Assembly: GCA_041665325.1 (NCBI GenBank)
Contig: JBAYJB010000003.1
Span: forward strand, 1,502 to 65,501
Reading direction: 5' to 3'
Source of the DNA: Minisyncoccota bacterium
GTDB lineage: Bacteria; Patescibacteriota; Minisyncoccia; Phycocordibacterales; PALSA-1337
Length of the DNA: 64,000 bases
Shown: one piece after another, positions 24,324 to 33,220 of the stretch
Layout of the letters: each line of letters begins with the position of its first letter
Position numbering within the stretch: the stretch's first letter is position 1
Program-made: the position numbers and the translations under genes
Notes under the pieces: generated by a model
Told to the model about the DNA's origin: nothing
Seen by the model: only the letters and a program-made list of their open reading frames with translations
Databases searched by the model: none

Positions 24324-25859
24324 ATGAATAAGCGCACAGAAATACAACTGGTCGCGTCGCACTTCCCATCTGGTCTATCCTGGCTGAACAACTTCCTCTT
24401 GGAGATCGGCGTGCTCGCCTACAACGGGGACGCGACCTTCGATGGTATGTGGCAACGGATCGGAGATCATACCTTCAGACTGAAGGAGACTGAGGAGCGT
24501 CAGAGGCAATGGCTGCCGGTCCTGAGCAAAAAACTAATCTTCGACTTTCCGGAAGATATCATGGTCAGATGGTCTCACAATCTGCCGATGATAGTCAGAG
24601 AGGAGCAGAAGACGATCTTATTTGTACGAGATGGTAGGGACGCCGTATATTCAGCCTTCAAAAGGGAGGGCCTCTATAGCTCGCTAGAAGCTATGGTCAA
24701 GGCAAGATGTGCCCCCCTGAGTCTCACCCCTCCGGAAACATGGGCGGTGTTCAATCGTCTATGGATAGAGAACGTCACTCCTTCGTGCCTGAGGGTGGTG
24801 AAGTTTGAAGACCTGAAGACAAAGCCATACGAGACCATCAAGGATATACTGGAATTCATCGGAGTAGAGCGTCGAGACGCGGACATTCTATCCGCCATCG
24901 AGTCATCTAGTTTTGAAAATGCAAAAAGAGCCGAGGTCGCGCACAAGGAACATGATCGGAGCACGATTGTGCCGACGATAAACAGAAGTGGTGCGATCTT
25001 CGAGTGGAAGGGGCGATATGACAGTGCCTCGTTATCGACATTCAAGGGGTTCCCTGAAAAGATGCTATCGTACCTCGGATATGAAACCTCCGGCAGCGAC
25101 AATAAGACAAGACCGGATGCAAAATTGCCGGGATATACTTCAGACGAGGAGAAGAAATTCGTCGAAGCGTGGCAAAGATACACGAGGACCTACCGGCAGG
25201 GACGGTGGCAATACGATATCCTCATCAAGATGCGGGAAGTAAGAGCGTGGTCCAAAAATGTGGCCCTCAAACTGCTGAGCATCGAGCTCCTCTCAAGCCT
25301 TATCAAAACAAAAGATCCATATATTAAGTTTACATATAGCCCGAACGGCGAAGACATCCTGATTGGCAACATACTGATGAAGAAAAATTCAAAGACATTC
25401 GATGATATCAACGGGTTGTATGTCAGTATCGATCCTCCCCACCCGCGAAAGTGTTCTTACACCTACTTGTTATATAATCATGGCTGGAGAGGCCTAAACA
25501 TCGTGGATGCTAGTTTATACTCCACATTCAGGAGAGATCGGCCGCACGATAAGAATTTCCTCTCGAACAATGGCGAGGGCAGCGAAAACGGTCGCCAACC
25601 AATAAAAGACCTGCTCTCCAAGAACCTTCCCCGCGAAAGATCCTTGGGTCTCCTTGTTCTCGATCAAGAGAGCAGGAATGGTGAAATGGTAGAGTCAAAT
25701 ATCTGGAGTTTACGGCCGAAGCTTGTGATTGCCAGGGATTCAAGATACTCCCCCGCAAGACCTGATGATTCGGAGCTATATTCTTTCATGAAACGGACCG
25801 GGTACAGCTTGATAGGTTGGATGAACCAGACTATGGCCTTTTTGGACCAGACAAGGTAA
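24324..25859 (+). CDS. Two-domain protein: N-terminal sulfotransferase-fold domain (PAPS-type 5'-PSB and 3'-PB motifs) fused to a C-terminal degenerate FkbM-like methyltransferase-fold domain.
   Basis: N-domain VASHFPSGLSWL (5'-PSB-like) and ILFVRDGRDAVYSAF (3'-PB RDxRD..S.Y). C-domain TYSPNGEDILIGNIL...YTYLLYNHGWRGLNIVDA is homologous to the N-terminus of the FkbM protein at 27152, but the Gly-rich SAM loop is replaced by VSIDPP. Start placed at Met48 of the listed ORF. Confidence 0.65.
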   Translation: MNKRTEIQLVASHFPSGLSWLNNFLLEIGVLAYNGDATFDGMWQRIGDHTFRLKETEERQRQWLPVLSKKLIFDFPEDIMVRWSHNLPMIVREEQKTILFVRDGRDAVYSAFKREGLYSSLEAMVKARCAPLSLTPPETWAVFNRLWIENVTPSCLRVVKFEDLKTKPYETIKDILEFIGVERRDADILSAIESSSFENAKRAEVAHKEHDRSTIVPTINRSGAIFEWKGRYDSASLSTFKGFPEKMLSYLGYETSGSDNKTRPDAKLPGYTSDEEKKFVEAWQRYTRTYRQGRWQYDILIKMREVRAWSKNVALKLLSIELLSSLIKTKDPYIKFTYSPNGEDILIGNILMKKNSKTFDDINGLYVSIDPPHPRKCSYTYLLYNHGWRGLNIVDASLYSTFRRDRPHDKNFLSNNGEGSENGRQPIKDLLSKNLPRERSLGLLVLDQESRNGEMVESNIWSLRPKLVIARDSRYSPARPDDSELYSFMKRTGYSLIGWMNQTMAFLDQTR

Positions 25860-25874
25860 CTTAAACAAGAAGAC

Positions 25875-27155
25875 ATGAGCAAACCGATAATAGAAGTCAG
25901 GAATATTAGCAAGCGCTACGATATCACACATACGCATGGCGGCTATGTGGCCTTGCGCGATGTCCTGACAACGATCATGCGTCGGCCATTCTCCTTCTTG
26001 GCGCACAAGGCCAAGCGCGCCGTCGGCCTCGAGAAAAAAGAAGAATTCTGGGCGCTCAAAGATGTGAGCTTCGCCGTAAATAGGGGCGAGGTCATCGGGG
26101 TAATCGGCGCGAACGGCGCCGGCAAGTCCACCCTGCTCAAGATACTCTCCCAGATCACGCCGCCCACCGGAGGCGAGGTCATCCTGCGAGGCCGGGTCGG
26201 CTCCCTTCTTGAGGTCGGTACCGGCTTCCATCCAGAATTGACCGGTCGCGAAAATATCTTCTTGAACGGGGCCATCCTCGGCATGAAGAAACAGGAGATC
26301 GCCGCGAAGTTCGATCAGATCGTCGACTTCGCAGGGATCGAAAGATTCTTAGATACACCTGTCAAGCACTATTCGAGCGGTATGTATGTGCGGCTGGCTT
26401 TCTCCGTAGCCGCTCACATGGAGCCGGATATCCTCCTCGTCGACGAAGTCCTAGCTGTAGGTGATGCAGAATTCCAGAAGAAATGCCTCGGTAAGATGGA
26501 CGAGATCACTAGGAATGAAGGCCGAACTATCATCTTCGTGAGCCATAGTCTGAATACGATCCGAGACCTATGCCCAACTACAATCTTGATGAAGGAGGGG
26601 CGTATAGACCTAGTCGGTCCGACCGACGAAGTGATCGACCATTATCAGGAAGAGATCAAGGGGCTGCGCTCTATCGATCTTCGAAATGAAACTAGGAGGC
26701 GTGGCACCGGAGCAATCAAATTGACAGATTTTTATGTCGAAAACTCTGACGGAAGCAAATCAACCATGGTCAAAAGCGGAGAATCCACCACTTTCGTATT
26801 GTCTTATGAGTGCGCAAAACCAGAGAATGTAAAAACTGCTGATGTTGGCATATCTATAAATAGGAACGGGGCACCAATCGCGACTTTTTATAGTTCATAC
26901 GTCAAGAGCTCCTTATCCGACATTGCTACATCTGGACAATTCCGCTTCTCGGCCGAAAATATTCCGCTCGCTGAAGGCACTTACGGCATTGGCGCACGCG
27001 TACTTGCGAATGATGTCGAGGCCGACTGGCCAAAATCAGAAATCGGCCAACTCGAGGTTTCAAATCCGACAGAATTCAAGGAGAAAGGATTTCGCACGGG
27101 GGCGGGCTCAGCAGTCATCATAAATGGCCTTTGGAGTCACATCCCTTCCAAATGA
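25875..27155 (+). CDS. wzt: ABC transporter ATP-binding protein Wzt/TagH-type with a C-terminal carbohydrate-binding (Wzt_C-like) extension.
   Basis: Walker A GVIGANGAGKSTLLKIL, signature YSSGMYVRLAFS, Walker B ILLVDEVLAVGD. A ~150-aa C-terminal beta-rich extension follows. 426 aa. Confidence 0.85.
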   Translation: MSKPIIEVRNISKRYDITHTHGGYVALRDVLTTIMRRPFSFLAHKAKRAVGLEKKEEFWALKDVSFAVNRGEVIGVIGANGAGKSTLLKILSQITPPTGGEVILRGRVGSLLEVGTGFHPELTGRENIFLNGAILGMKKQEIAAKFDQIVDFAGIERFLDTPVKHYSSGMYVRLAFSVAAHMEPDILLVDEVLAVGDAEFQKKCLGKMDEITRNEGRTIIFVSHSLNTIRDLCPTTILMKEGRIDLVGPTDEVIDHYQEEIKGLRSIDLRNETRRRGTGAIKLTDFYVENSDGSKSTMVKSGESTTFVLSYECAKPENVKTADVGISINRNGAPIATFYSSYVKSSLSDIATSGQFRFSAENIPLAEGTYGIGARVLANDVEADWPKSEIGQLEVSNPTEFKEKGFRTGAGSAVIINGLWSHIPSK

Positions 27156-27868
27156 AAAAAACGTTGAAAGCCATGATCCGAGCGTTAGTCAAGCTGATTC
27201 CGCTCGAATTTATTGAGCAGATGATTTCCTTGAAGATGGGCTATCCAACGATCTCGTATGGTCCAAACGGAGAAGACGCCATTTTAAGGAACATGCTCCG
27301 CGGCATAAGCGGCGGCTTCTACATAGATGTTGGCGCATATCATCCCAATAGGTTTTCTAATACACGCACCTTTTACAATGATGGCTGGTCCGGCATAAAT
27401 ATAGATGCGATGCCAGGTAGCATGAAAGCGTTCATGAAAGAGCGCCCCAGAGATATCAACCTCGAATCAGCCGTATCTGACAGGACCGAGACATTGACAT
27501 ATCACGTGTTTGCGGAACAAGCATACAACACCTTCTCTCATGAATTGGCAACGGAGTGTGTAAAGTCAGGGAAAAACAAAATACGCGAGATAAAACTCGA
27601 CACGATGCGGCTTGTAGACATCCTCGATGAGTACATGCCGAAAGACAAAATAATAAATTTGCTTTCGATCGATGTGGAGGGATACGATATGGCGGTTCTC
27701 CGATCAAATGATTGGATAAGGTATCTCCCCGAGGTCATAGCTATAGAAGAAATTGGCTTCGACGTCGAGGCTCCCCAGAAATCAGAGATATTCAACTTCC
27801 TCAAAAGCAAAGGTTACCATCTGGAAGTGGCTATGCCCAAAACGATATTTTTCCGTCTACACAAATGA
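27152..27868 (+). CDS. FkbM-family SAM-dependent methyltransferase.
   Basis: GFYIDVGAYHPNRFSN...GINIDAMPGSMKAF...ESAVSDRTETLTYHV matches the FkbM-family pattern. Start placed at MKKTLKAM, forming an ATGA overlap with the wzt stop. Confidence 0.75.
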   Translation: MKKTLKAMIRALVKLIPLEFIEQMISLKMGYPTISYGPNGEDAILRNMLRGISGGFYIDVGAYHPNRFSNTRTFYNDGWSGINIDAMPGSMKAFMKERPRDINLESAVSDRTETLTYHVFAEQAYNTFSHELATECVKSGKNKIREIKLDTMRLVDILDEYMPKDKIINLLSIDVEGYDMAVLRSNDWIRYLPEVIAIEEIGFDVEAPQKSEIFNFLKSKGYHLEVAMPKTIFFRLHK

Positions 27869-29574
27869 AACCACTTAAGACCCCTATCCTGTTCATTGCC
27901 TTCAATCGTCCAGGACCTACTAAGGATGTTTTTGCGGAGATCCGTAAGGCACGCCCCGAAAAACTCTTCGTGGCAGTCGATGGCCCGAGAAAAGACCGGC
28001 CAGAAGATGTGGACAAAGTAAACAAGGTTCAGGAGATAGTGAGCCAAGTAGACTGGCCATGTGAAGTAAAAAAACTCTTCAGAACAGAGAACCTCGGATG
28101 CAAAATCGGCGCGACTTCGGCTATCACATGGTTCTTCGAACATGTCGAGGAAGGCATCATTGTGGAAGACGACTGTCTGCCGGAACAATCCTTCTTTGCC
28201 TTCTGTTCTGAAATGCTCGAGCATTTCCGCAATGAGCCGAGGGTAGCCATGATCTGCGGGTATAACATAGAGAAGACTTCTGATCTTCCGTATTCCTATA
28301 CCTTCTCACGCTACGGACATCTCTGGGGCTGGGCTTCATGGAAAAGGATCTGGGATCAATACGATGTGACCATGAAAGTTTGGGACAATATTGATAACCG
28401 CAAGAAGATTAGAAAAGCCATGGATGATTATCGGCAATGGAATTATCGCGAGTGGCTATACAATGAGACCTACGAGGGTCGCAAGGATACGTGGGACTAC
28501 CAGTGGGAATCATATCGCCTACTTCATAGTCAGATCTGCGTGATCCCAAATAGGAACATGATCAGAAATCTGGGTTTTGGCGCCGATGCCACTCACACCA
28601 AGCAAACTACTTCGCACCTCGTCATTCCAGGACAAACCATGAAGTTTCCTCTAGCACATAATCCAGACCTGGTAGCCAGTGACTACTATGATCGACTACT
28701 CCGCCCCAAGATCAAAGCCCAAAGCCGACTGCGGAGATCGCTCAAGGATAGAAGCTTTAGACTGGGGAAACTATTGCTCCCGCCATTCATATATCAGTTA
28801 GTCAGGAAGCTCATCCGGGGCACAAAAGTATGGAAGCCTATCTGGAATACCCTTGATTATGAACCGATGGCCGGAGTGAAGATGTTCTTTGACCCTTCCG
28901 GCTCCTGGCAGAGCAAGATGAAGAATGGGTCGTATGATAAGTTCATGTTCGACCGAGTATCCGCCATCGGCGCCGAAGGCAAGGTGATCTACGATATCGG
29001 TGCACATGTCGGATACCATTCCCTCTATTTCGCCCGGCTTGTTGGTAAAAACGGCAAGGTTATCACGATTGAACCTAATAAGAAGAACTTTGAGCGCCTA
29101 AAGAAGAACATAGACGAAAACAAGGATCTGAAAGAAAGGATATCAGCATTTAATATTGCGGTTGGAGACAAGGATGGGAAAGTGGAATTCAACATAAATG
29201 AAGATGTCGAGGGAGGTCGTAGCACTGGCAGCTTCATAGGCACGGCCGACACATTCTCAAGCCGCGAGACATATAAGAATAAGGGGTTCACAAAAACTTC
29301 TGTTGACCTAGTGACTATAGATTCATTTGAGAAGATGCTTAGCATTCACGACGCTCCAGACATCATCAAAATCGACGTTGAGGGCGCCGAGTCATTGGCT
29401 CTCGAGGGCGCCAGGGGAATCTTACTCGCTAAGAAACCGGTGCTTTTTGTCGAGATCCATTCGATGAGAAACATGTCAGATGTCATGAACTTCTTACACT
29501 CGATATCATATGAGGCCAAGATCGCTAATATTGAGGGCAATGGGGTGTGTTATATAGAGGCACACGCTAAGTGA
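27865..29574 (+). CDS. Fusion of a GT-A-fold glycosyltransferase-like domain (EDD motif) with a C-terminal FkbM-family methyltransferase.
   Basis: N-domain ILFIAFNRPGPTKDVF...LFVAVDGPR...GIIVEDDCLP. C-domain VIYDIGAHVGYHSLYFARLVGKNGKVITIEPNKKNFERLKKNI...IIKIDVEGAESLALEGA is classic FkbM. ATGA overlap with the upstream gene. Confidence 0.7.
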   Translation: MKPLKTPILFIAFNRPGPTKDVFAEIRKARPEKLFVAVDGPRKDRPEDVDKVNKVQEIVSQVDWPCEVKKLFRTENLGCKIGATSAITWFFEHVEEGIIVEDDCLPEQSFFAFCSEMLEHFRNEPRVAMICGYNIEKTSDLPYSYTFSRYGHLWGWASWKRIWDQYDVTMKVWDNIDNRKKIRKAMDDYRQWNYREWLYNETYEGRKDTWDYQWESYRLLHSQICVIPNRNMIRNLGFGADATHTKQTTSHLVIPGQTMKFPLAHNPDLVASDYYDRLLRPKIKAQSRLRRSLKDRSFRLGKLLLPPFIYQLVRKLIRGTKVWKPIWNTLDYEPMAGVKMFFDPSGSWQSKMKNGSYDKFMFDRVSAIGAEGKVIYDIGAHVGYHSLYFARLVGKNGKVITIEPNKKNFERLKKNIDENKDLKERISAFNIAVGDKDGKVEFNINEDVEGGRSTGSFIGTADTFSSRETYKNKGFTKTSVDLVTIDSFEKMLSIHDAPDIIKIDVEGAESLALEGARGILLAKKPVLFVEIHSMRNMSDVMNFLHSISYEAKIANIEGNGVCYIEAHAK

Positions 29575-29578
29575 TCAC

Positions 29579-30520
29579 ATGAAGATCCACATCATCACTA
29601 TTTTCGACAAGAATCGCCTCGGGAGAGCCCTAGCGTTCAGAGAGTCGCTTGCAAAATATGCTCCCGGTTGCCATGTGCGCTTCCTTTGTCTTGACCAGGA
29701 GGCATACGATATGACCAACCGGCTCAATCTCGACGATACTACCGCTATGCTTCCGGAGGAGCTAGATGACAAGGAACTTCTAGCCACACGTGCTGGACGA
29801 ACCAATCCGGAGTTCGCGTCGACTTGTAAGCCGGCACTGCTCTCCTACATGATGGAGAGTGGCGTCGTCGAACAAAACGACCTCTTGGTCTTCATAGATG
29901 ACGATTTCTTCTTCTATCAACCTCTCCTGCCCCTGTTCGAAAAGATTTATCACTCTGGTTCTATTGCCATAACCCCACACCGCTTCCCTCCTCATCGTGA
30001 ACATGAGACAGCCACCAAGGGCATATACAATGCCGGTATCGTCTTTTTCAAGAATGATCCCGAGGCGCGAAAATGCCTCAAGGAATGGCGCCTGCAGTGT
30101 CTGAAGTGGTGTTACCTGCGCTATGAGAATGGTCAGATAGGCGATCAGGGGTACCTCAGTGATTGGCCTAAGAAGTATAAGGGCGTCTATGAGATTCCGG
30201 ACATTGGCGTCAATCTCGGCACCTGGAATATCAAAAACTACAAGATTACCAGGAACGTCGGTGGAGACCTTATGATTGATGACCAGCCGCTCATCTGTTA
30301 TCACTTCCATGGGCTTAGGTTATATCTAAATAAACAGAATAAGGTACGGGCCTATCCGATCACGGTCTTACATTCAGGGATTTATAAGCCTTGCATAGAA
30401 GCCTTGGAAAAAGCCTATATAGGATTGATGATCGTAGATCCGAAGTGGGTGTATGGAACCATTGCTAGGCCAAGCATGTTGAGGCTTTTGAAACAAGCCA
30501 TCTTGAGGTTGAAATATTAA
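29579..30520 (+). CDS. Putative GT-A-fold glycosyltransferase (nucleotide-diphospho-sugar transferase-like).
   Basis: LVFIDDDFFFYQPL DxD-type motif and Rossmann-like N-terminus. 313 aa. No closer family assignment is possible by eye. Confidence 0.45.
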   Translation: MKIHIITIFDKNRLGRALAFRESLAKYAPGCHVRFLCLDQEAYDMTNRLNLDDTTAMLPEELDDKELLATRAGRTNPEFASTCKPALLSYMMESGVVEQNDLLVFIDDDFFFYQPLLPLFEKIYHSGSIAITPHRFPPHREHETATKGIYNAGIVFFKNDPEARKCLKEWRLQCLKWCYLRYENGQIGDQGYLSDWPKKYKGVYEIPDIGVNLGTWNIKNYKITRNVGGDLMIDDQPLICYHFHGLRLYLNKQNKVRAYPITVLHSGIYKPCIEALEKAYIGLMIVDPKWVYGTIARPSMLRLLKQAILRLKY

Positions 30521-30544
30521 CGCTTTAAGACTAATATCAGCCAC

Positions 30545-33175
30545 ATGCAGAAAATAGTCATAACAGGCGGGCTGGGATATGTAGGTACCGAGCTATGTAA
30601 GCTTTACTCCGGCGAGGCACGCTTCAAGAAGATTGTGGTCGTCGATAATCGATTCTTCTCGTCCCGTGTCACACAGCTCAGAGATTGGGGTATGGAATTC
30701 ATTCATGGCAACATCCTAGACAAGGATCTCATGAAATCCATTCTTGCAGATGCTGACATCGTATACCACTTGGCAGGCATCACGGATGTTTCTTATACCA
30801 AGAATGAATCAAGTGAGGCCAAAGATAGGCTTATAACTGAGGTCGGCGTTACGGGCACGAAGAATATCATCGACTACTCACCGGCAAAGGCTAAAATCAT
30901 CTTCCCTTCAACGCACGTGGTCTATGAAGGATTCGGCAAGACAAAATTCAACATCACTGAAGATGAACTAACAGTGCCGATGCTTTCATATGCTATGGGT
31001 AAGGATCAGTCTGAAAAAGATCTGATGGCATCAAAAAAGAATTATGTGATCCTCCGCTTCGGATCAGTATATGGATACTCGGAATCAGATACCATGCGTA
31101 TCAACATCATGCCGAATCTGTTCTCCAAGATCGCTTCGCAGAACGGCACAATCAGTCTCTTCTCCGGTGGAGTACAGTACAAGAGCCTGGTCTCACTCGT
31201 AGATGCCGTTCGGGGCCTAAAATTCATGGGTGAGTCAAAGATAAACCGCGAGATTTTCCATCTATGCAACGAGAACATGACGGTCAAGGAAGTGGCTGAT
31301 GTATGCAAGAAGATCAATCCATTAGTAAAGATCATTTCGACTAAGGACGAGATACCAAACTTGGGATATACCACATCAAACAAAAAGCTATTGGCTACCG
31401 GCTTCACATTTAAACACAATATTGAGAGTAGTATCGCTGAGATGATAAGCGCCTGGTCAGCCAAGGAGCTGCCGGATGCTCTGGAATATACAGTACGCGG
31501 CGACAAGGAATTCATCGATGCACGCGGCAAGATCAGCAACTATGAGCTGACGGAACCGATAAACTTGATAGGTTACATCGAATCAAAAGCCGGCACAGTC
31601 CGCGCCAATCACTACCACCCAATCCAGGAACAGAAGTGTCTTGTCATCACAGGGTCATACATAAGCGTCATCAAGGACTTGGCTTATCCAGATGCCCTAG
31701 TCGAAACGCGCCTCATCAAAGCTGGAGACATCGCTGTCATCAGGCCCAATGTAGCCCACACCATGGTATTCCTCGAGGATACGGTATTTCTCAACCTAGT
31801 GCGCGGAGAACGCGAGCATGAGAACTACGGAGTGACGCATACGATCCCTTACAAACTTGTCGACGATAAATTTAGAGACGAACTCCTCAAGAATTTCAAA
31901 CCGGAGTGCCGTTCGTGCGGTAAAAAAAACTTGAAGGACGTTGTCACCCTTGGACTTTCTCCACTAGCCAATAATCTATTACCGAACAAAGATACGCATG
32001 CCGAGATGTTCCCTCTCGAAATGAAGTATTGTCCGGATTGCCACAATTGCCAGTTGTCATTTACAGTATCGGCCCACAAACTATTTGATCACTATCTCTA
32101 TGTATCCTCGACAGCCAAAAGCTTTCGCAAGCATTTTGAAGAAGCGGCTGAACAGTATCTGAAGCAATTCAATCTCACCAAGAAGGACCTTGTTGTAGAT
32201 ATCGGCAGCAATGACGGCATTGCGCTCCGCCCTCTCAAGGCCAGAGGCATCAAAGTCCTAGGCATCGAGCCTGCCAAGAATATCGCCGACCTAGCCAACG
32301 CCGAAGGCATCGAGACCGTCAATGACTATTTTAGTAAGGCCGTCGTAGACAAGATCATCAAAGAAAAAGGCAAGGCTACCTTGATCACTGCTTCCAACGT
32401 ATTCGCTCATTCTGACTTCCTCAAGGATATCGCCATAAATGCCATGAAGCTCCTCAAGGACAACGGCCAATTCATCGTTGAGGTCCAATATCTCATGGAT
32501 ACGATTAAGGATCTGACTTTCGACAATATATATCACGAGCATGTGAACTATTGGTCGGTCACTTCGATCAACAACTTCTTTGAATGTTTGGGCTTCAAGG
32601 TCGTTAAGATAGAACATATAGATACTCACGGCGGATCAATCCGTGTCTATGTCAAGAAAGGCGGCAAACCTGACAAGAGCGTCCTTGATTCGCTCAAAGG
32701 CGAAGAGGTCTTCGGACTTAAGGATTACCAGACTTACCTTAAATTCGGACGTGATATCGCAGATTTGAGAGAAGTCGTCAAACGAAATATCGGATTACTA
32801 AAGAAGAACTACAAACACATCGCCGGATATGGGTCTCCAGCCAAAGCCACAACAGCTCTTAACTATTTCGGCATAGACAACACTCATATCGATTACATCA
32901 TCGAAGACAACGAGCTCAAGAACGGCAAAATCGTTCCTGGCGTAATGATCCCGATCAAAAATAAGCAGTACGCATTTACTCATTTACCAGAGGTCATCAT
33001 AGTCATGGCTTGGAACTTTTTCGAGGCAATCAAGAATAACAACGCCGAGTTAACCAATGAGGGCGTGATCTTCATAAACATCAAGGATTTGCAGGATAAG
33101 AATTTTAAAGTGCCAAGAAGTCTCAGGAGAATCACTAAGAATAGGGTTTCTAAGAAAAAGGCTCTAAAGAAATAA
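30545..33175 (+). CDS. Trifunctional nucleotide-sugar tailoring protein: NAD-dependent SDR epimerase/reductase + WxcM/FdtA-like cupin (sugar 3,4-ketoisomerase-type) + TylC3/NovU-type sugar C-methyltransferase.
   Basis: The SDR domain has VITGGLGYVGTELC and YAMGK (YxxxK). The cupin domain has RANHYHPIQEQKCLVITGSYISVI. The C-MT domain has a Zn-ribbon CRSCGKK...CPDCHNC followed by VVDIGSNDGIALRPL, and ends in the C-methyltransferase C-terminal region. 876 aa. Confidence 0.7.
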   Translation: MQKIVITGGLGYVGTELCKLYSGEARFKKIVVVDNRFFSSRVTQLRDWGMEFIHGNILDKDLMKSILADADIVYHLAGITDVSYTKNESSEAKDRLITEVGVTGTKNIIDYSPAKAKIIFPSTHVVYEGFGKTKFNITEDELTVPMLSYAMGKDQSEKDLMASKKNYVILRFGSVYGYSESDTMRINIMPNLFSKIASQNGTISLFSGGVQYKSLVSLVDAVRGLKFMGESKINREIFHLCNENMTVKEVADVCKKINPLVKIISTKDEIPNLGYTTSNKKLLATGFTFKHNIESSIAEMISAWSAKELPDALEYTVRGDKEFIDARGKISNYELTEPINLIGYIESKAGTVRANHYHPIQEQKCLVITGSYISVIKDLAYPDALVETRLIKAGDIAVIRPNVAHTMVFLEDTVFLNLVRGEREHENYGVTHTIPYKLVDDKFRDELLKNFKPECRSCGKKNLKDVVTLGLSPLANNLLPNKDTHAEMFPLEMKYCPDCHNCQLSFTVSAHKLFDHYLYVSSTAKSFRKHFEEAAEQYLKQFNLTKKDLVVDIGSNDGIALRPLKARGIKVLGIEPAKNIADLANAEGIETVNDYFSKAVVDKIIKEKGKATLITASNVFAHSDFLKDIAINAMKLLKDNGQFIVEVQYLMDTIKDLTFDNIYHEHVNYWSVTSINNFFECLGFKVVKIEHIDTHGGSIRVYVKKGGKPDKSVLDSLKGEEVFGLKDYQTYLKFGRDIADLREVVKRNIGLLKKNYKHIAGYGSPAKATTALNYFGIDNTHIDYIIEDNELKNGKIVPGVMIPIKNKQYAFTHLPEVIIVMAWNFFEAIKNNNAELTNEGVIFINIKDLQDKNFKVPRSLRRITKNRVSKKKALKK

Positions 33176-33220
33176 GTCATAAAGAAAACATCGGTTATCG
33201 CGCTCCGCAAAAAATTGATT

